Positions 47,616 through 60,856 of a stretch of DNA of 64,000 nt are shown one piece after another. Source of the stretch: Pristiophorus japonicus (Eukaryota); contig NC_091979.1 of NCBI RefSeq assembly GCF_044704955.1, forward strand, positions 318,618,001 through 318,682,000, written 5' to 3'. Under the pieces are notes generated by a model. That model saw only the letters and a list, made by a program, of their open reading frames with translations. It had not been told where the DNA came from and did not search any database. The position numbers and the translations under genes were made by a program. How positions within the stretch are numbered: position 1 is the first letter of the stretch; every line of letters begins with the position of its first letter.

Positions 47616-48942
47616 GGGGGCCAATTTTAATGACTGCCACTCACTGCCATCCACTGCCACCCACTGCCGCCCACTGCCATCCACTGCCGCCCACTGCCAT
47701 TCACTGCTGCCCATTGCCATTCACTGCCGCCCACTGCCGCTCACTGCCATCCACTGCTGCCCACTGCCACCCACTGCCATCCACTGCCATCTACTGCTGC
47801 CCACTGCCATCCGCTGTCATCCACTGCCGCCCACTGCCACCCACTGCCATCCACTGCTGCCCACTGCCACCCACTGCCACCCACTGCCATCCACTCCCAT
47901 CCACTGCCACCCACTGCCATCCACTGCCGCCCACTGCCATCCACTGCCGCCCACTGCCACCCACTGCCATCCACTGCTGCCCACTGCCACCCACTGCCAT
48001 CCACTCCCATCCACTGCCATCCACTGCCACCCACTACCGCCCACTGCCATCCACTGCAATCCACTGCTGCCCACTGCAACCCACTGCCATCCACTGCTGC
48101 CCACTGCCACCCACTGCCATCCACTGCTGCCCACTGCCATCCACTGCCTCCTACTGCCACCCACTGCCATCCACTGCCTCCCACTGCCGCCCACTGCCAC
48201 CCACTGCCATCCACTGCCTCCCACTGCCACCCATTGCCATCCACTGCTGCCCACTGCCACCCACTGCCATCCATTGCTGCCCACTGCCACCCACTGCCTC
48301 CCACTGCCATCCACTGCCGCCCACTGCCATCCACTGCCATCCACTGCCTCCCACTGCCGCCCACTGCTGCCAACATTCCTCTGCTCGAACCGCCCAGTGC
48401 CACTTTCGATGTGGCCTGGAGCGGGTGGGAAGGGAGAGCCGCCGGGAAGTGCCCGTCAATGTCAGCGGATGGCTGATGCACGTAAGTCGACTCCCGCCCG
48501 CCGAGATGCCCGATTGGTGTGGGCGGGAGTCGGTGGCAGGACGGCGGGGGACCGCTGGGTGGAGGCTGCTCTGTCCTCAACGGTAAGTGTCAAGATCCTG
48601 TAACAAAGGTAAGTGGAATGTTGATAAATTATTTATTTACAGGGACTTACCTGGAGGTCCTCAGATGTGTTTTTTTTGTTGGTGACGATTTTTATTTTGA
48701 CCTCTTCGACCCTCCGTGGGCCCAACTCCATCCTCGGCGGCACTTGGGAGGCAAGTGCCTCTGCCGCTGAGAATGAGACTCCCACCCGCTGCCGCCCAGA
48801 TTGGTGGCGTACGTCGTTGGTTTGTCACCCTCCGACATCGAGGGACCTCGGCGATGAAAACCCCGCCGAGGTCCCTCGGCGGCCATCGGCGGCACTTTGG
48901 GCGGCACTTGGGCGAGCGGAGACCTTGACCAAATTCAGCCCC
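47616..48942. mobile_element. Harbinger-type MITE carrying a 10-bp minisatellite
   Basis: Ends gggggccaatttt and aaattcagcccc. Confidence 0.55.
47634..48370. repeat. 10-bp minisatellite (ccactgccat/ccactgccgc/ccactgccac), ~73 copies
   Basis: Direct periodicity. Confidence 0.95.
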
Positions 48943-49274
48943 ATAGTTTCAATTATTAATTTAATCCTGTATTAGCAAGTTATCGGGCCTCAACTTGATC
49001 AATGAGCTGCCCAATACCACCCACAGCCGCCAAGGTAGTGCTGCCTTAAATATTTTGTTGTGATTCCTCATGTACAGCCCATCTGCCGCCCAGATCCCGC
49101 GGGGCGGGAGTTTCTTCAGGGAAGTACCACCGGTGCAACTTCCTACTGCCCGCCCAGGCTGGAGGCTCCAAAAATGGGATTGTGGTGGTCTAGGATCCTC
49201 TAACATGCTGCTCCCGCCAACCAGACTGACCGCTGGGAAAAAGGTGCTCTGAGCGGGCGGCAGGGACAATCGCA

Positions 49275-50690
49275 CAGAATAGTCCAGAGTGTACATCCCG
49301 GGGAACAGACACACACTGCACCATTATCACACCCTCAGAGTGGTCCAGAGTGCACATCCCGGGGAACATACACACACTGCACCATTATCACACCCTCAGA
49401 GTGGTCCAGAGTACACATCCCGGGGAACAGACACACACTGCACCATTATCACACCCTCAGAGTGGTCCAGAGCTGCACATCCCGGGTAACAGACACACAC
49501 TGCACCATTATCACACCCTCAGAGTGGTCCAGAGTGTACATCCCGGGTAACAGACACACACTGCACCATTATCACACCCTCAGAGTGGTCCAGAGTACAC
49601 ATCCCGGGGAACAGACACACACTGCACCATTATCACACCCTCAGAGTGGTCTAGAGCTGTACATCCTGGGGAACAGACACACACTGCACCATTATCACAC
49701 CCTCAGAGTGGTCCAGAGTACACATCCCGGGGAACAGACACACACTGCACCATTATCACACCCTCAGAGTGGTCTAGAGCTGTACATCCTGGGGAACAGA
49801 CACACACTGCACCATTATCACACCCTCAGAGTGGTCCAGAGCTGCACATCCCGGGTAACAGACACATACTGCACCATTATCACACCCTCAGAGTGGTCCA
49901 GAGAGCACATCCCGAGTAACATACACACACTGCACCATTATCACACCCTCAGAGTGGTCTAGAGCTATACATCCTGGGGAACAGATACACACTGCACCAT
50001 TATCACACCCTCAGAGTGGTCCAGAGTGTACATCCCGGGTAACAGACACACACTGAACCATTATCACACCCTCAGAGTGGTCCAGAGAGCACATCCCGAG
50101 TAACATACACACACTGCACCATTATCACACCCTCAGAGAGATCCAGAGTGTACATCCCGGGTAACAGACACACTGCACCATTATCACACCCTCAGAGTTG
50201 ATCCAGAGCTACACATCCCAGGTAACAGACACACACTGCACCATTATCACACTCTCAGAGTGGTCCAGAGTGTACATCCCGGGTAACATACACACACTGC
50301 ACCATTATCACACCCTCAGAGTGGTCTAGAGCTACACATCCCGGGGAACAGACACACACTGCACCATTATCACACCCTCAGAGTGGCCTAGAGCTGCACA
50401 TCCCGGGTAATAGACACACACTGCACCATTATCACACCCTCAGAGTGATCCAGAGCTACACATCCCGGGGAACAGACACACACTGCACCATTATCACACC
50501 CTCAGAGTGGTCCAGAATGTACATCCCGGGTAACAGACACACACTGCACCATTATCACACCCTCAGAGTGATCCAGAGCTACACATCCCGGGTAACAGAC
50601 ACACACTGCACCATTATCACACCCTCAGAGTGGTCCAGAATGTACATCCCGGGTAACAGACACACACTGCACCATTATCACACCCTCAGA
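49275..50690. repeat. 61-bp minisatellite, ~23 copies
   Basis: Unit agagtggtccagagtgtacatcccggggaacagacacacactgcaccattatcacaccctc. Confidence 0.95.
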
Positions 50691-51449
50691 ATGAGTTCAC
50701 AGATGCAAATTAACTGCACAAAGACTTCACAGATGTAAATAAAAAGTACTCTGTTGAAGGGCAGGTGTGGTATAGGAAGTGGAAATGTGCTACGGGATAC
50801 AGTGAAGACTCGATGGAGGTGTACTATAAGGGTGTTTAGAACATTGCAGGCGGACCAGATTTATTGAGTCCATGTGAATGTTCAGATGGTATGAACTTAT
50901 GTCAAATTATTTAGGCAAAAATGAGATCATGTAAGGTTCTGTTAGGTAGGAGGATGTGAACCTGCGAACAACAGGAACTCAAGTATAGAATACAGGACAA
51001 TAGATATAACGAGTAACATGTCATATCAGGGGTGGGGCTCGGCAATGTGGACTGAAGTGTAAGTCTTAATGTGTGCCCTCCAAGTGGTGCAAATATCTCT
51101 CATTCAATGACAGCCTTCCTGCATTGGTCACCCTTGTCGTTGCGAGATCGCCTGATGACAGGACCCAATAAAGAGTCGCATTATATGTGGACGCCAAGAT
51201 ATTGCTCAGAGACCAGTACACCTGAAGGAGGTCTGTCTGTTTCTCAGCACGTACCCCAGATGATATAAAAATGAAACACTGGCCAAGAGTTGGTGAACAA
51301 TGTGTCTGTATTGAATAGTGCAGCATGGCAAATGACAGGACATGCAAGCAAGTGAATCCAAAAATTGTACATTATTTCCAAAACCAGTCAAGTGAGAATC
51401 CAAACGAACCATGTGAAGCAACAGCAATAGCTTAATGAAGAGTTACCAA

Positions 51450-54400
51450 CATCACCAGCACCAACACCCAACCCTCCATCCACTACCACCACCTCTCTTT
51501 CCCCCCCTCGATGTGAGGCCTATTGCCTTCTTCATGGTTCCGCTTTCACCATGGCAACACGCACCCCTGCCCCTCACCGCCTCTGCTCCATGACATTGTG
51601 GAGCCCTGCTGCCGTGTTCGTCTCGGAGAGAATGTAGGGGGTGAGATGGAATCCGCTGGCAACTCCAGCTCCTCGAGATCTGTCGGCCTCGTTGGTGAGG
51701 CTTCGGGGGTTGCATGACATGGCCCGAAACCATCGATTGGCACATGACCTCTACAGAGTCGGTGTTTCGCTCCACCGCACTGATGAGCCGCGACATCCTT
51801 GTACATTGTATATCCCTGTCTGGAGTAAAAATCAAACAGCGAAGGTGGCTCAACCGTGGCTAACAAGGGAAATTAGGGATAGTGTTAAATCCAAGGAAGA
51901 GGCATACAAATTGGCCAGAAAAGGCAGCATACCTGAGGACTGGGAGAAATTTAGAATACAGCAGAGGAGGACAAAGGGTTTAATTAGGAGGGGGAAAATA
52001 GAGTACGAGAGGGAGCTTGCCGGAAACATAAAAAAATGACTGCAAAAGCTTCTTTCGATATGTGAAGAGAAAAAGATTAGTGAAGACAAACGTAGGTCCC
52101 TTGCAGTCGGACTCAGGTGAATTTATAATGGGGAACAACGAAATAGCAGACCAATTGAACAAATACTTTGGTTCTGTCTTCACAAAGGAAGACACAAATA
52201 ACCTTCTGAAAGTACGAGGGGACTGAGTGTCTAGTGAAAGGAGGAACTGAAGGATATCCTTATTAGGTGGTAAATTGTGTTAGGGAAATTGATGGGATTG
52301 AAGGCCAATAAATCCCCAGGGCCTGAAGGTTAGCATCCCAGAGTACTTAAGGAAGTGGCCCTAGAAATAGTGGATGCATTGGTGATCATTTTCCAACAGT
52401 CTATCGATTCTGGATCAGTTCCTATGGACTGGAGGGTAGCTAATGTAACACTACTTTTTAAAAAGGGAGGAAGAGAGAAAACGGGTAATTATAGACTGGG
52501 TAGCCTGACATCAGTATTGGGAAAAATGTTGGAATCAATTATTAAGGATGAAATAGCAGCGCATTTGGAAAGCAGTGACAGGATCGGTCCAAGTCAGCAT
52601 GGATTTATGAAAGGGAAATCATGCTTGACGAATCTTCTGGAATTTTTTGAGGATGTAACTAGCAGAGTGGGCAAGGGAGAACCAGTGGATGTGGTGTATT
52701 TCGACTTTCAAAAGGCCTTTGACAAGAGATTGGTGTGCAAAATTAAAGCACATGGTATTGGGGATAATGTACTGGCGTGGATAGAGAATTGGTTGACAGA
52801 CAGGAAGCAGAGAGTCGGGATAAACGGTTCCTTTTCGGAATGGGAGGCAGTGACTAGTGGAATGCTGCAGGGCTCAGTCCTGGGACCCTAGCTCTTTACA
52901 ATATATATTAATGATTGGGATGAAGGAATTGAGTGTAACATCTCCAGGTTTGCAGATGGCACTAAACTGGGTGGCGGTGTGAGCTGTGAGGAGGACACTA
53001 AGAGGCTGCAGGGTGATTTGGACAAGTTAGGTGAGTGGGCAAATGCATGGCAGATGCAGTATAATGTGGATAAATGTGAGGTTATCCACTTTGGGGGAAA
53101 AAACACGAAGGCAGAATATTATCTGAATGGCAGCAGATTAGGAAAAGGGGAGGTGCAATGAGACCTAGGTGTCATGGTTTATCAGTTATTGAAAGTTGGC
53201 ATGCAAGTACAGTAGGCGGTGAAGAAGGCAAATGGCATGTTGGCCTTCAGAGCTAGGTGATTTGAGTATAGGAGCAGGGAGGTCTTACTGCAGTTGTACA
53301 GGGCCTTGGTGAGTTCAGTTTTGGTCTCCTAATCTGAGGAAGGACGTTCTTGCCATTGAGGGAGTGCAGCGAAGGTTCACCAGACTGAGTCCAGGGATGG
53401 CTGGACTGACATTTGAGGAGAGACTGGATCGACTGGGCCTTTATACACTGGAGTTTAGAAGGATGAGAGGGGATCTCATAGAAATATATGAGATTCTGAC
53501 GAGACTGGACAGGTTAGATGCAGGAAGAATGTTCCCGATGTTGGGGAAGTCCAGAACCATGGGACACAGTCTTAGGATAAGAGGTAGGCCATTTAGGACT
53601 GAGATGAGGAGGAACTTCTTCACTCAGAGAGTTATTAACCTATGAAATTCCCTGCTGCAGAGAGTTGTTGATGGCAGTTCATTGGATATATTCAAGAGGG
53701 AGTTAGATATAGCCCTTACGGCTAAAGGGATCAAGAGGTATGGAGAGAAAGCAGGAAAGGGGTACCGAGGGAATGATCAGCCATGATCTTATTGAATGGT
53801 GGTGCAGGCTCGAAGGGCTGAATGGCCTACTCCTGCACCTATTTTCTATGTTTCTATGTTTCTATGACATACTGCCCCTCACCGCCTCTGCTCCATGACT
53901 TTGTGCAGGAGGGCAGTGGAGCCCTGCTGCCATGTTCGTCTTGGAGAGAATGTAGGGGGTGAGATGAAATCCACTGGTAACTCCAGCTCCTTGGGATCTG
54001 TCGGCCTCGTTGGTGAGGCATCGGGGGGTTGCATGACATGGCCCGAAAGCATCGATTGGCACATGGCCTCTACAGAGTCGGTGTTTCGCTCCACCGCACT
54101 GATGAGCCGCGACATACTGGCAGAATGCTCCTCTGCAAAGGTGGCAATGCTGGCACCTATCCCAGCCCTGGCCTGCAGCAGATCTCGACCTATCTCGACA
54201 CTCGTCCTCGACAACTGCACCATTTCCTGGAATGCCTCCCCCCCGTCCTGCATCCTCATCGGCTTGTTGCATCATCATGGATGATTGTGGCTTGGTGGCT
54301 TTTCCGGCACGGCTTCTGTACCTCCCAACACTTGTTCCCACGTCGTCCAATTCGAATCCCAAAAAATCCGACCCCGAAAGCGATGTTGGCCGAACAGGTG

Positions 54401-55422
54401 ACACACATGTCAGGAGGCTGGAGTCCTCCTCTTGCAGCTCCTCGACCTCAAGTAGTTCGAACACTGGCACTTCTCCCTCCTCTCCCTCCTGGTCTTCGTG
54501 TCTCTGTCTCTGGGTGGCGGAGGTTGATGTGGGGGATGTGTGTGATCTGGTGGGTGGGGGAAGGAGCTGGTGTGTTGAGCTGCTGATGGTGTCGAGGTGG
54601 AAGGCGGGTTGTTTGACACTGCCTTTGTGTATCAGAGGTGGATGGGGTGCATTGATCGGTGCTGTCCCAATCAACATCTGGACGTAGAGGACAACATTTA
54701 GGTGTGTAGCAGGTGGGGGGGGGGTTGGGTCATGTGACATGTTTCCGTCACATTTCACATTCTTACTTCAAGGACTTCCATCGCTACATGAGCACAGCAT
54801 TAATGGGCGACACACAGTGCGATAAAAAACAGTTGACATAACATTACATGACCTTGCATGACATGAGCGTGACACAGACCGGAGATTCAGTAATGCTTAC
54901 CCTGCTCTAGCACGGGATCTGCACCACCCTGTGTGGTGGCACGGGGGTGGTCACCCACCACAGCCAAAGCACGCTCCTCTAAGCTAGTCACCTCGATGAA
55001 ATCTGGTGAGCCCCCTCCCATGCCACTCTGCTTTGATGTGTTGGATGCTCTTTTCTTCTGCAGAAATAAAAGTTGCAGCCTTTACCTGTTTTGCTCATGT
55101 AACACCCGCACACACAACCACACAGACACAACGGACAGAGAACCTTTTGGAATAGTATGGGAGTGCAACAATACATGTTTATTTATTCTTGATGATGCAA
55201 CCATATGGTTCCATCGTTTCCTACACTGGTCTCCATCCCACACAACATTGCTCACTGAGGACACAGCCTCCCCCATCTCCCGCCAAATGTGTCTGTATTC
55301 GGGTGGTGCAGGCTTGCCACGACCATCCCGGGTAAGGTCTTTATAATGGCACTCCAATTCACATACAAGTTCTTCCAGCACCTCCTCACTAAACCAGGGA
55401 GCTCTGGGCCTCCCTCCATTCG
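51450..55422 (-). mobile_element. Harbinger Myb/SANT gene region, interrupted by a CR1 and truncated by an LTR element
   Basis: GRPRAPWFSEEVLEELV..IWREMGEAVSSVS..DGDQCRKRWNHMV (55180-55420); downstream low-complexity exons at 53870-54690 and 51500-51797. Confidence 0.75.
51798..53865 (+). mobile_element. CR1 LINE, 5'-truncated, degenerate
   Basis: ORF2 fragments (QPWLTREI.., SQHGFMKG.., LEFRRMRGDLIE), a (ttctatgt)n tail, and a probable gacat TSD. Confidence 0.93.
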
Positions 55423-56385
55423 TGTTATATCTTGAACAAAGCAATGTGACTGAGTACTGTAGACGTGAGTAAGTGTGACCTTAGTCTCTTTATTCTAACT
55501 CCAGAGTGCTGGTACAGCATGGGAGGCCTGCTTATAAACATTACTGCCAAGGGATGCTGGGATCCCTTGGAACTCCAACAGATACACTCTCTGGTGGCAG
55601 TAGAATGCTGGTTATATCGGGTTGCATACATAACATCACTCCCTCCCAAAGTCAATAGTATACTTATTTACAGGGTGAGACGATCTGGGGCTTTCCGCTC
55701 CCTAGACGATCTTCTCGGTACAAATGCAGGTGCAGGTGAGGCAGTTGGTTCTTCGCTGGGCTGCAGCGCAGCTGGCCTTGCTGGGCTTCATGGTCAACCG
55801 TGATGTTGGTTGCCACTTGTATGTGCCGGAGGATCAAAGTTGGTGGTGTCTTCTTCAGGTTGCTCGTGGCTGTCTGTGAATCGCAGTTTGGTTTGGTCTA
55901 AATGTGTTCTGCAAGTTAGTCCATTTGCGAGTTTGACCTGAAACACCCTACTCCCTTCTTTGGCTATGAAAGTGTCAGCAAGCTATTTGGGACCATGTCC
56001 ATAGTTGAGTACAAATACAGGGTCATTGACTTCAATATCGCATCACAAATTTGCGCGATCATGGTACATGCTTTGTTGATGCTGCCTATCCTCGACGTGA
56101 TCATGGAGATCAGGGTGGACAAGACAGAGTCTTGTTTTGAGCACACTTTTCATGAGCAGCTTGGCTGGGGGAACCCCGGTGAGCGAGTGGGATCTAGTGC
56201 GGTAGCTGAGCATGACTCGGGGCAGGCGGGTCTGCAGGGAGCCTTCCGACATGCGTTTCAAGCTTTGCTTGATGAATGAACTGCCCGTTCTGCCTGGCCG
56301 TTGGATGCGGGCTTGAATTGGACAGATGTGATGTGCTTGACCCCATTGCTGGTCATGAATTCCTTGAATTCAACACTGGTGAAGC
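55423..56385 (-). mobile_element. Gypsy 3' remnant: integrase C-terminal region, PPT and 3' LTR (55423-55634)
   Basis: LTR bounded by tgttat..ataaca; minus-strand PPT ttgggagggag; SNGQAERAV..LLSYRT(R/P)HSLTGVPPA-like motifs. Confidence 0.85.
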
Positions 56386-59300
56386 TTTTCATTCTCTTTT
56401 CTATTTCAGTAAGTAACCTTTAGCATTGTTGCTGCCAAATTAAGTTCATCTAGGGGTTAAGTCATGACAGGAGAGCTCGGACACGTGTTATGCTCTTTCT
56501 GTACCATGTGGGAAATCAGGGACGCCTCCGGTGTCCCTGACAACTCCGTGTGCGGGAAGTGTATCCGCCTCCAGCTCCTGACGAACCGTGTTGCGGAACT
56601 GGAGCTGCGGGTGGATTCACTTTGGAGCATGCACAATGCTAAGAAAGATGTGAATAGCACATTTCATGAGTTGGTCTTACCGCAGGTTAAGGGTTCACAG
56701 CCAGATAGGGAATGGAAGACCAACAGGAAGAGCAGTGCAAGGAAGATAGTGCAGGGGTCCCCTGCGGTCATCCACCTGCAAAACAGATACACCGCTTTGG
56801 GTTAGGTTGAGGGGGATGACTAATCAGGGGAGAGCAGCAGCAGCCAGGTTCATGGCAGCGTGGCTAGCTCTGCTGCACAGGAGGGTAGGAAAAAGAGTGG
56901 GAGAGCAATAGTGATAGGGGATTCGATTGTAAGGTGAATAAATAGGCATTTCTGCGGCCGCAACCAAGACTCCAGGATGGTATGTTGCCTCCCTGGTGCA
57001 AGGATCAAGGATGTCTCGGAGCGGGTGCAGGACATTCTGAAAAGGGAGGGTGAACAGTCAGTTGTTGTGGTGCATATAGGTACCAATGATATAGGTAAAA
57101 AATGGGATGAGGTCCTACGAGACAAATTTAGGGAGCTAGGAGTTAAATTAAAAAGTAGGACCTCAAAAGTAGTAATCTCAGGATTGCTACCAGTGCCACG
57201 TGCCAGTCAGAGTAGGTATCGCAGGATAGCTCAAATGAATACATGGCTTGAGCAGTGGTGCAGAAAGGAGGGATTCAAATTCCTGGGACATTGGAACTGG
57301 TTCTGGGGGCGGTGGGACCAGTACAAACCGGACGGTCTGCACCTGGACAGGACCGGAACCAATGTCCTAGGGGGAGTGTTTGCTAGTGCTGTTTGGGAGG
57401 AGTTAAAACTAATATGGCAGGGGGATGGGAACCTATGCAGGGAGACAGAGGGAAATAAAATGGAGACAGAAGCAAAAGATAGAAAGGAGAATAGTAAAAG
57501 TGGAGGGCAGAGAAACCCAAGGCAAAAAACGAAAAGGGCCACTTTATAGCAGAATTCGGAAGGGTCAAAGTATGTTCAAAAGACAAGCCTGAAAGCTCTG
57601 TGCCTCAATGCGAGGAGTATTCGGAATAAGGTGGACAAATTAACTGCGCAGATAGCAGTTAACTGGTATGATGTGATTGGCATCACGGAGACATGGGTGA
57701 CCAAGGCTGAGAACTCAACATGCAGGGGTATTCAGCATTTAGGATATATAGACAGAAAGGAAAAGGAGGCGGGGTGGCATTGCTGGTTAAAGAGGAAATT
57801 AATGCAATTGTAAGGAAGGACATTAGCTTGGATCATGTGGAATTGGTATGGGTGAAGCTATGGAATAGCAAAGGGCAGAAAACGCGAGTGGGAGTTGTGT
57901 ACAGGCCACCAAATAGTAGTACTGAAGTTGGGGACAGCATCAAACAAGAAACAAGGGACGTGTGCAATAAAGGTACAGCAGTAATCATGGGCGACTTTAA
58001 TCTATATATTGATTGGGCTAACCTAACTGGTAGCAATGCGGTGGAGGAGGATTTCCTGGAGTGTATTAGGGATGGTTTTCTAGACCAATATGTTGAGGAA
58101 CCAACCAGAGAGCTGGCCATCCAAGACTGGGTGATGTGTAATGAGAAGGGACTAATCAGCAATCTTGTTGTGCGAGGCCCCTTGGGGAAGAGTGACCATA
58201 ATATGGTAGAATTCTTTATTAAGATGGTGAATGACAAAGTTAATTCAGAAACTAGGGTCCTGAACTTAAGGAAAGGTAACTTTGATGGTATGAGGCGCGA
58301 ATTGCCTAGATTAGTCTGGCAAATGATGCTTAAAGGGTTGACGGTGGATAGGCAATTGCAAACCTTTAAAGATCACATGGATGAACTTCAACATTTGTAA
58401 ATCCCTCTCTGGAGTAAAAATAAAACGGTGAAGGTGGCTCAACCGTGGCTAACAAGGGAAATTAAGGATAGTGTTAAATCCAAGGAAGAGGCATACAAAT
58501 TAGCCAGAAAAAGTAGCAAGCCGGAGGACTGGGAGAAATTTAGAATACAGCAGAGGTGGACAAAGGGTTTAATTAAGAGGGGGAAAATAGAGTACGAGAG
58601 TAAGCTTGCCGGATACATAAAAAATGACTGCAAAAGCTTCTATAGATATGTGAAGAGAAAAAGATTAGTGAAGACAAACGTTGGTCCCTTGCAATCGGAT
58701 TCGGGTGAATTTATAATGGGGAACAGAGAAATGGCAGACCAATTGAACAAGTACTTTGGTTCTGTCTTCACAAAGGAAGACACAAATAACCTTCCCGATG
58801 TACTAGGGAACCGAAGGTCTTGTGAGAAGGAGGAACTGAAGGATATCCTTATTAGGCGGGAAATTGTGTTCGAGAAATTGACGGGATTGAAGGCCGATAA
58901 ATCCCCAGGACCTGATAGTCTACATCCCAGAGTACTTAAGGAAGTGGCCCTTGAAATAGTGGATGCTTTGGTGATAATTTTCCAACAGTCTATGGACTCT
59001 GGATCGGTTCCTATGGACTGGAGGGTTGCTAATGTAACACCACTTTTTAAAAAAGGAGGGAGAGAGAAAACGGGTAATTATAGACGGGTTAGCCTGACAT
59101 CAGGCGTGGGGAAAGTGTTGGAATCAATCATTAAGGATGAAATAGCAGCACATTTGGAAAGCAGTGATAGGATTGGTCCAAGTCAGCATGGATTTATGAA
59201 GGGGAAATCATGCTTGACGAATCTTCTGGAATTTTTTGAGGATGTAACCAGTAGAGTGGACAAGGGAGAACCAGTGGATGTGGTGTATTTGGACTTTCAA

Positions 59301-60488
59301 AAGGCTTTTGACAAGGTCCCACACAAGAGATTGGTGTGCAAAATTAAAGCACATGATATTGGGAGTAATGTACTGACGTGGATAGAGAACTGGTTGGCAG
59401 ACAGGAAGCAGAGAGTCGGGATTAACGGGTCCTTTTCAGAATGGCAGGCAGTGACTAGTGGAGTGCCGCAGGGCTCAGTGCTGGGACCCCAACTCTTTAC
59501 AATATACATTAATGATTTGGATGATGGAATTGAGTGTAATATCTCCAAGTTCGCAGATGACACTAAACTGGGTGGCGGTGTGAGCTGTGAGGAGGATGCT
59601 AAGAGGCTGCAGGGTGACTTGGACAGGTTAGGTGAGTGGGCAAATACATGGAAGATGCGGTATAATGTGGATAAATGTGAGGTTATCCACTTTGGGGGCA
59701 AAATCACGAAGGCAGAATATTATCTGAATGGCGGCAGATTAGGAAAAGGGGAGGTGCAGCGAGACCTGGGTGTCATGTACATCAATCATTGAAGATTGGC
59801 ATGCAGGTACAGCAGGCGGTGAAGGCAGAAAATGGTATGTTGGCCTTCATAGCAAGGGGATTTGAATATAGGAGCAGGGAAGTCTTATTGCAGTTGTACA
59901 GGGCCTTGGTGAGGCCCCAACTGGAATATTGTGTTCAGTTTTGGTCTGCTAATCTGAGGAAGGACATTCTTGCTATTGAGGGAATGCAGCGGAGGTTCAC
60001 CAGACTGATTCCCGGGATGGCAGGACTGTCATATGAGAAGAGAGTGGATCGACTGGGCCTGTATTCACTGGAGTTTAGAAGGATGAGAGGGGATCTCATA
60101 GAAACATATAAAATTCTGACGGGACTGGACAGGTTAGATGCAGGAAGAATGTTCCCAATTTTGGGGAAGTCCAGAATCAGGGGTCACAGTCTAAGGATAA
60201 GGGGTAAGCCATTTAGGACCGAGATGAGGAGAAACTTCTTCACCCAGAGAGTGGTGAACCTGTGTAATTCTCTACCACAGAAAGTAGTTGAGGCCAATTC
60301 ACTAAATATATTCAAAAGGGAGTTAGATGAAGTCCTTACTACTCGGGGAATCAAGGGGTATGGCGAGAAAGCAGGAAGGGGGTACTGAAGTTTCATGTTC
60401 AGCCATGAACTCATTGAATGGCGGTGCAGGCTAGAAGGGCTGAATGGCCTACTCCTGCACCTATTTTCTATGTTTCTATGTTTCTATG
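56386..60488 (+). mobile_element. Near full-length CR1 LINE: ORF1 (zinc finger/leucine zipper plus SGNH esterase) and ORF2 (APE plus RT), with a few stops and frameshifts
   Basis: ORF1 56464-57549: CSFCTMW..CGKC..IGDSIVR..CLPGA..HIGTND..DGLHL. ORF2 ~57590-60388: CLNARSI..ITETW..GDFN..SDH..FADD. The tail is (ttctatgt)n. Confidence 0.96.
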
Positions 60489-60855
60489 AACACCTCGATC
60501 AAATCTCCCCTTAATCTTCACTGCTCTAAGGAGAACAACCTCAATTTCTCCATCTCTCAACACAACTGAAATCTTCCCACCCTGGACCCGTTCTAGTAAA
60601 TCTCCTCTGCACCCACTCTCAGGCCTTGCCATCCTTCCTAAAGTGTGGTGCCCAGAGTTAGCCACAGGACTCTTGATGGGGCCTAACCATGTTTTATAAA
60701 GGCTTAGTATATTTTGTCTCACATATTTGAAGATAACTAATTTTCAGGGTTATGGGGAAAAAGCTGGGGTGTGGGACTAAATTAAACAACTCTTCCAAAG
60801 GGCCGGCCCAGGCACGACGGGCCGAAGGACCTCCTTCTGTGCTGTAAGATTCGAT
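60489..60855. mobile_element. Old CR1 fragments (minus 60489-60715; plus 3' end 60735-60855)
   Basis: Reverse strand has LRGDLIEV-like sequence; the forward strand has a CR1-type 3' end (gggccgaaggacctccttctgtgctgtaa). Confidence 0.65.
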
Positions 60856-60856
60856 G

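Noticed and set aside
49275-50690. CRISPR-like array (conserved core plus variable segment)
   Set aside because: The variable parts are point variants of one sequence rather than unique spacers; the context is eukaryotic and there are no cas genes.
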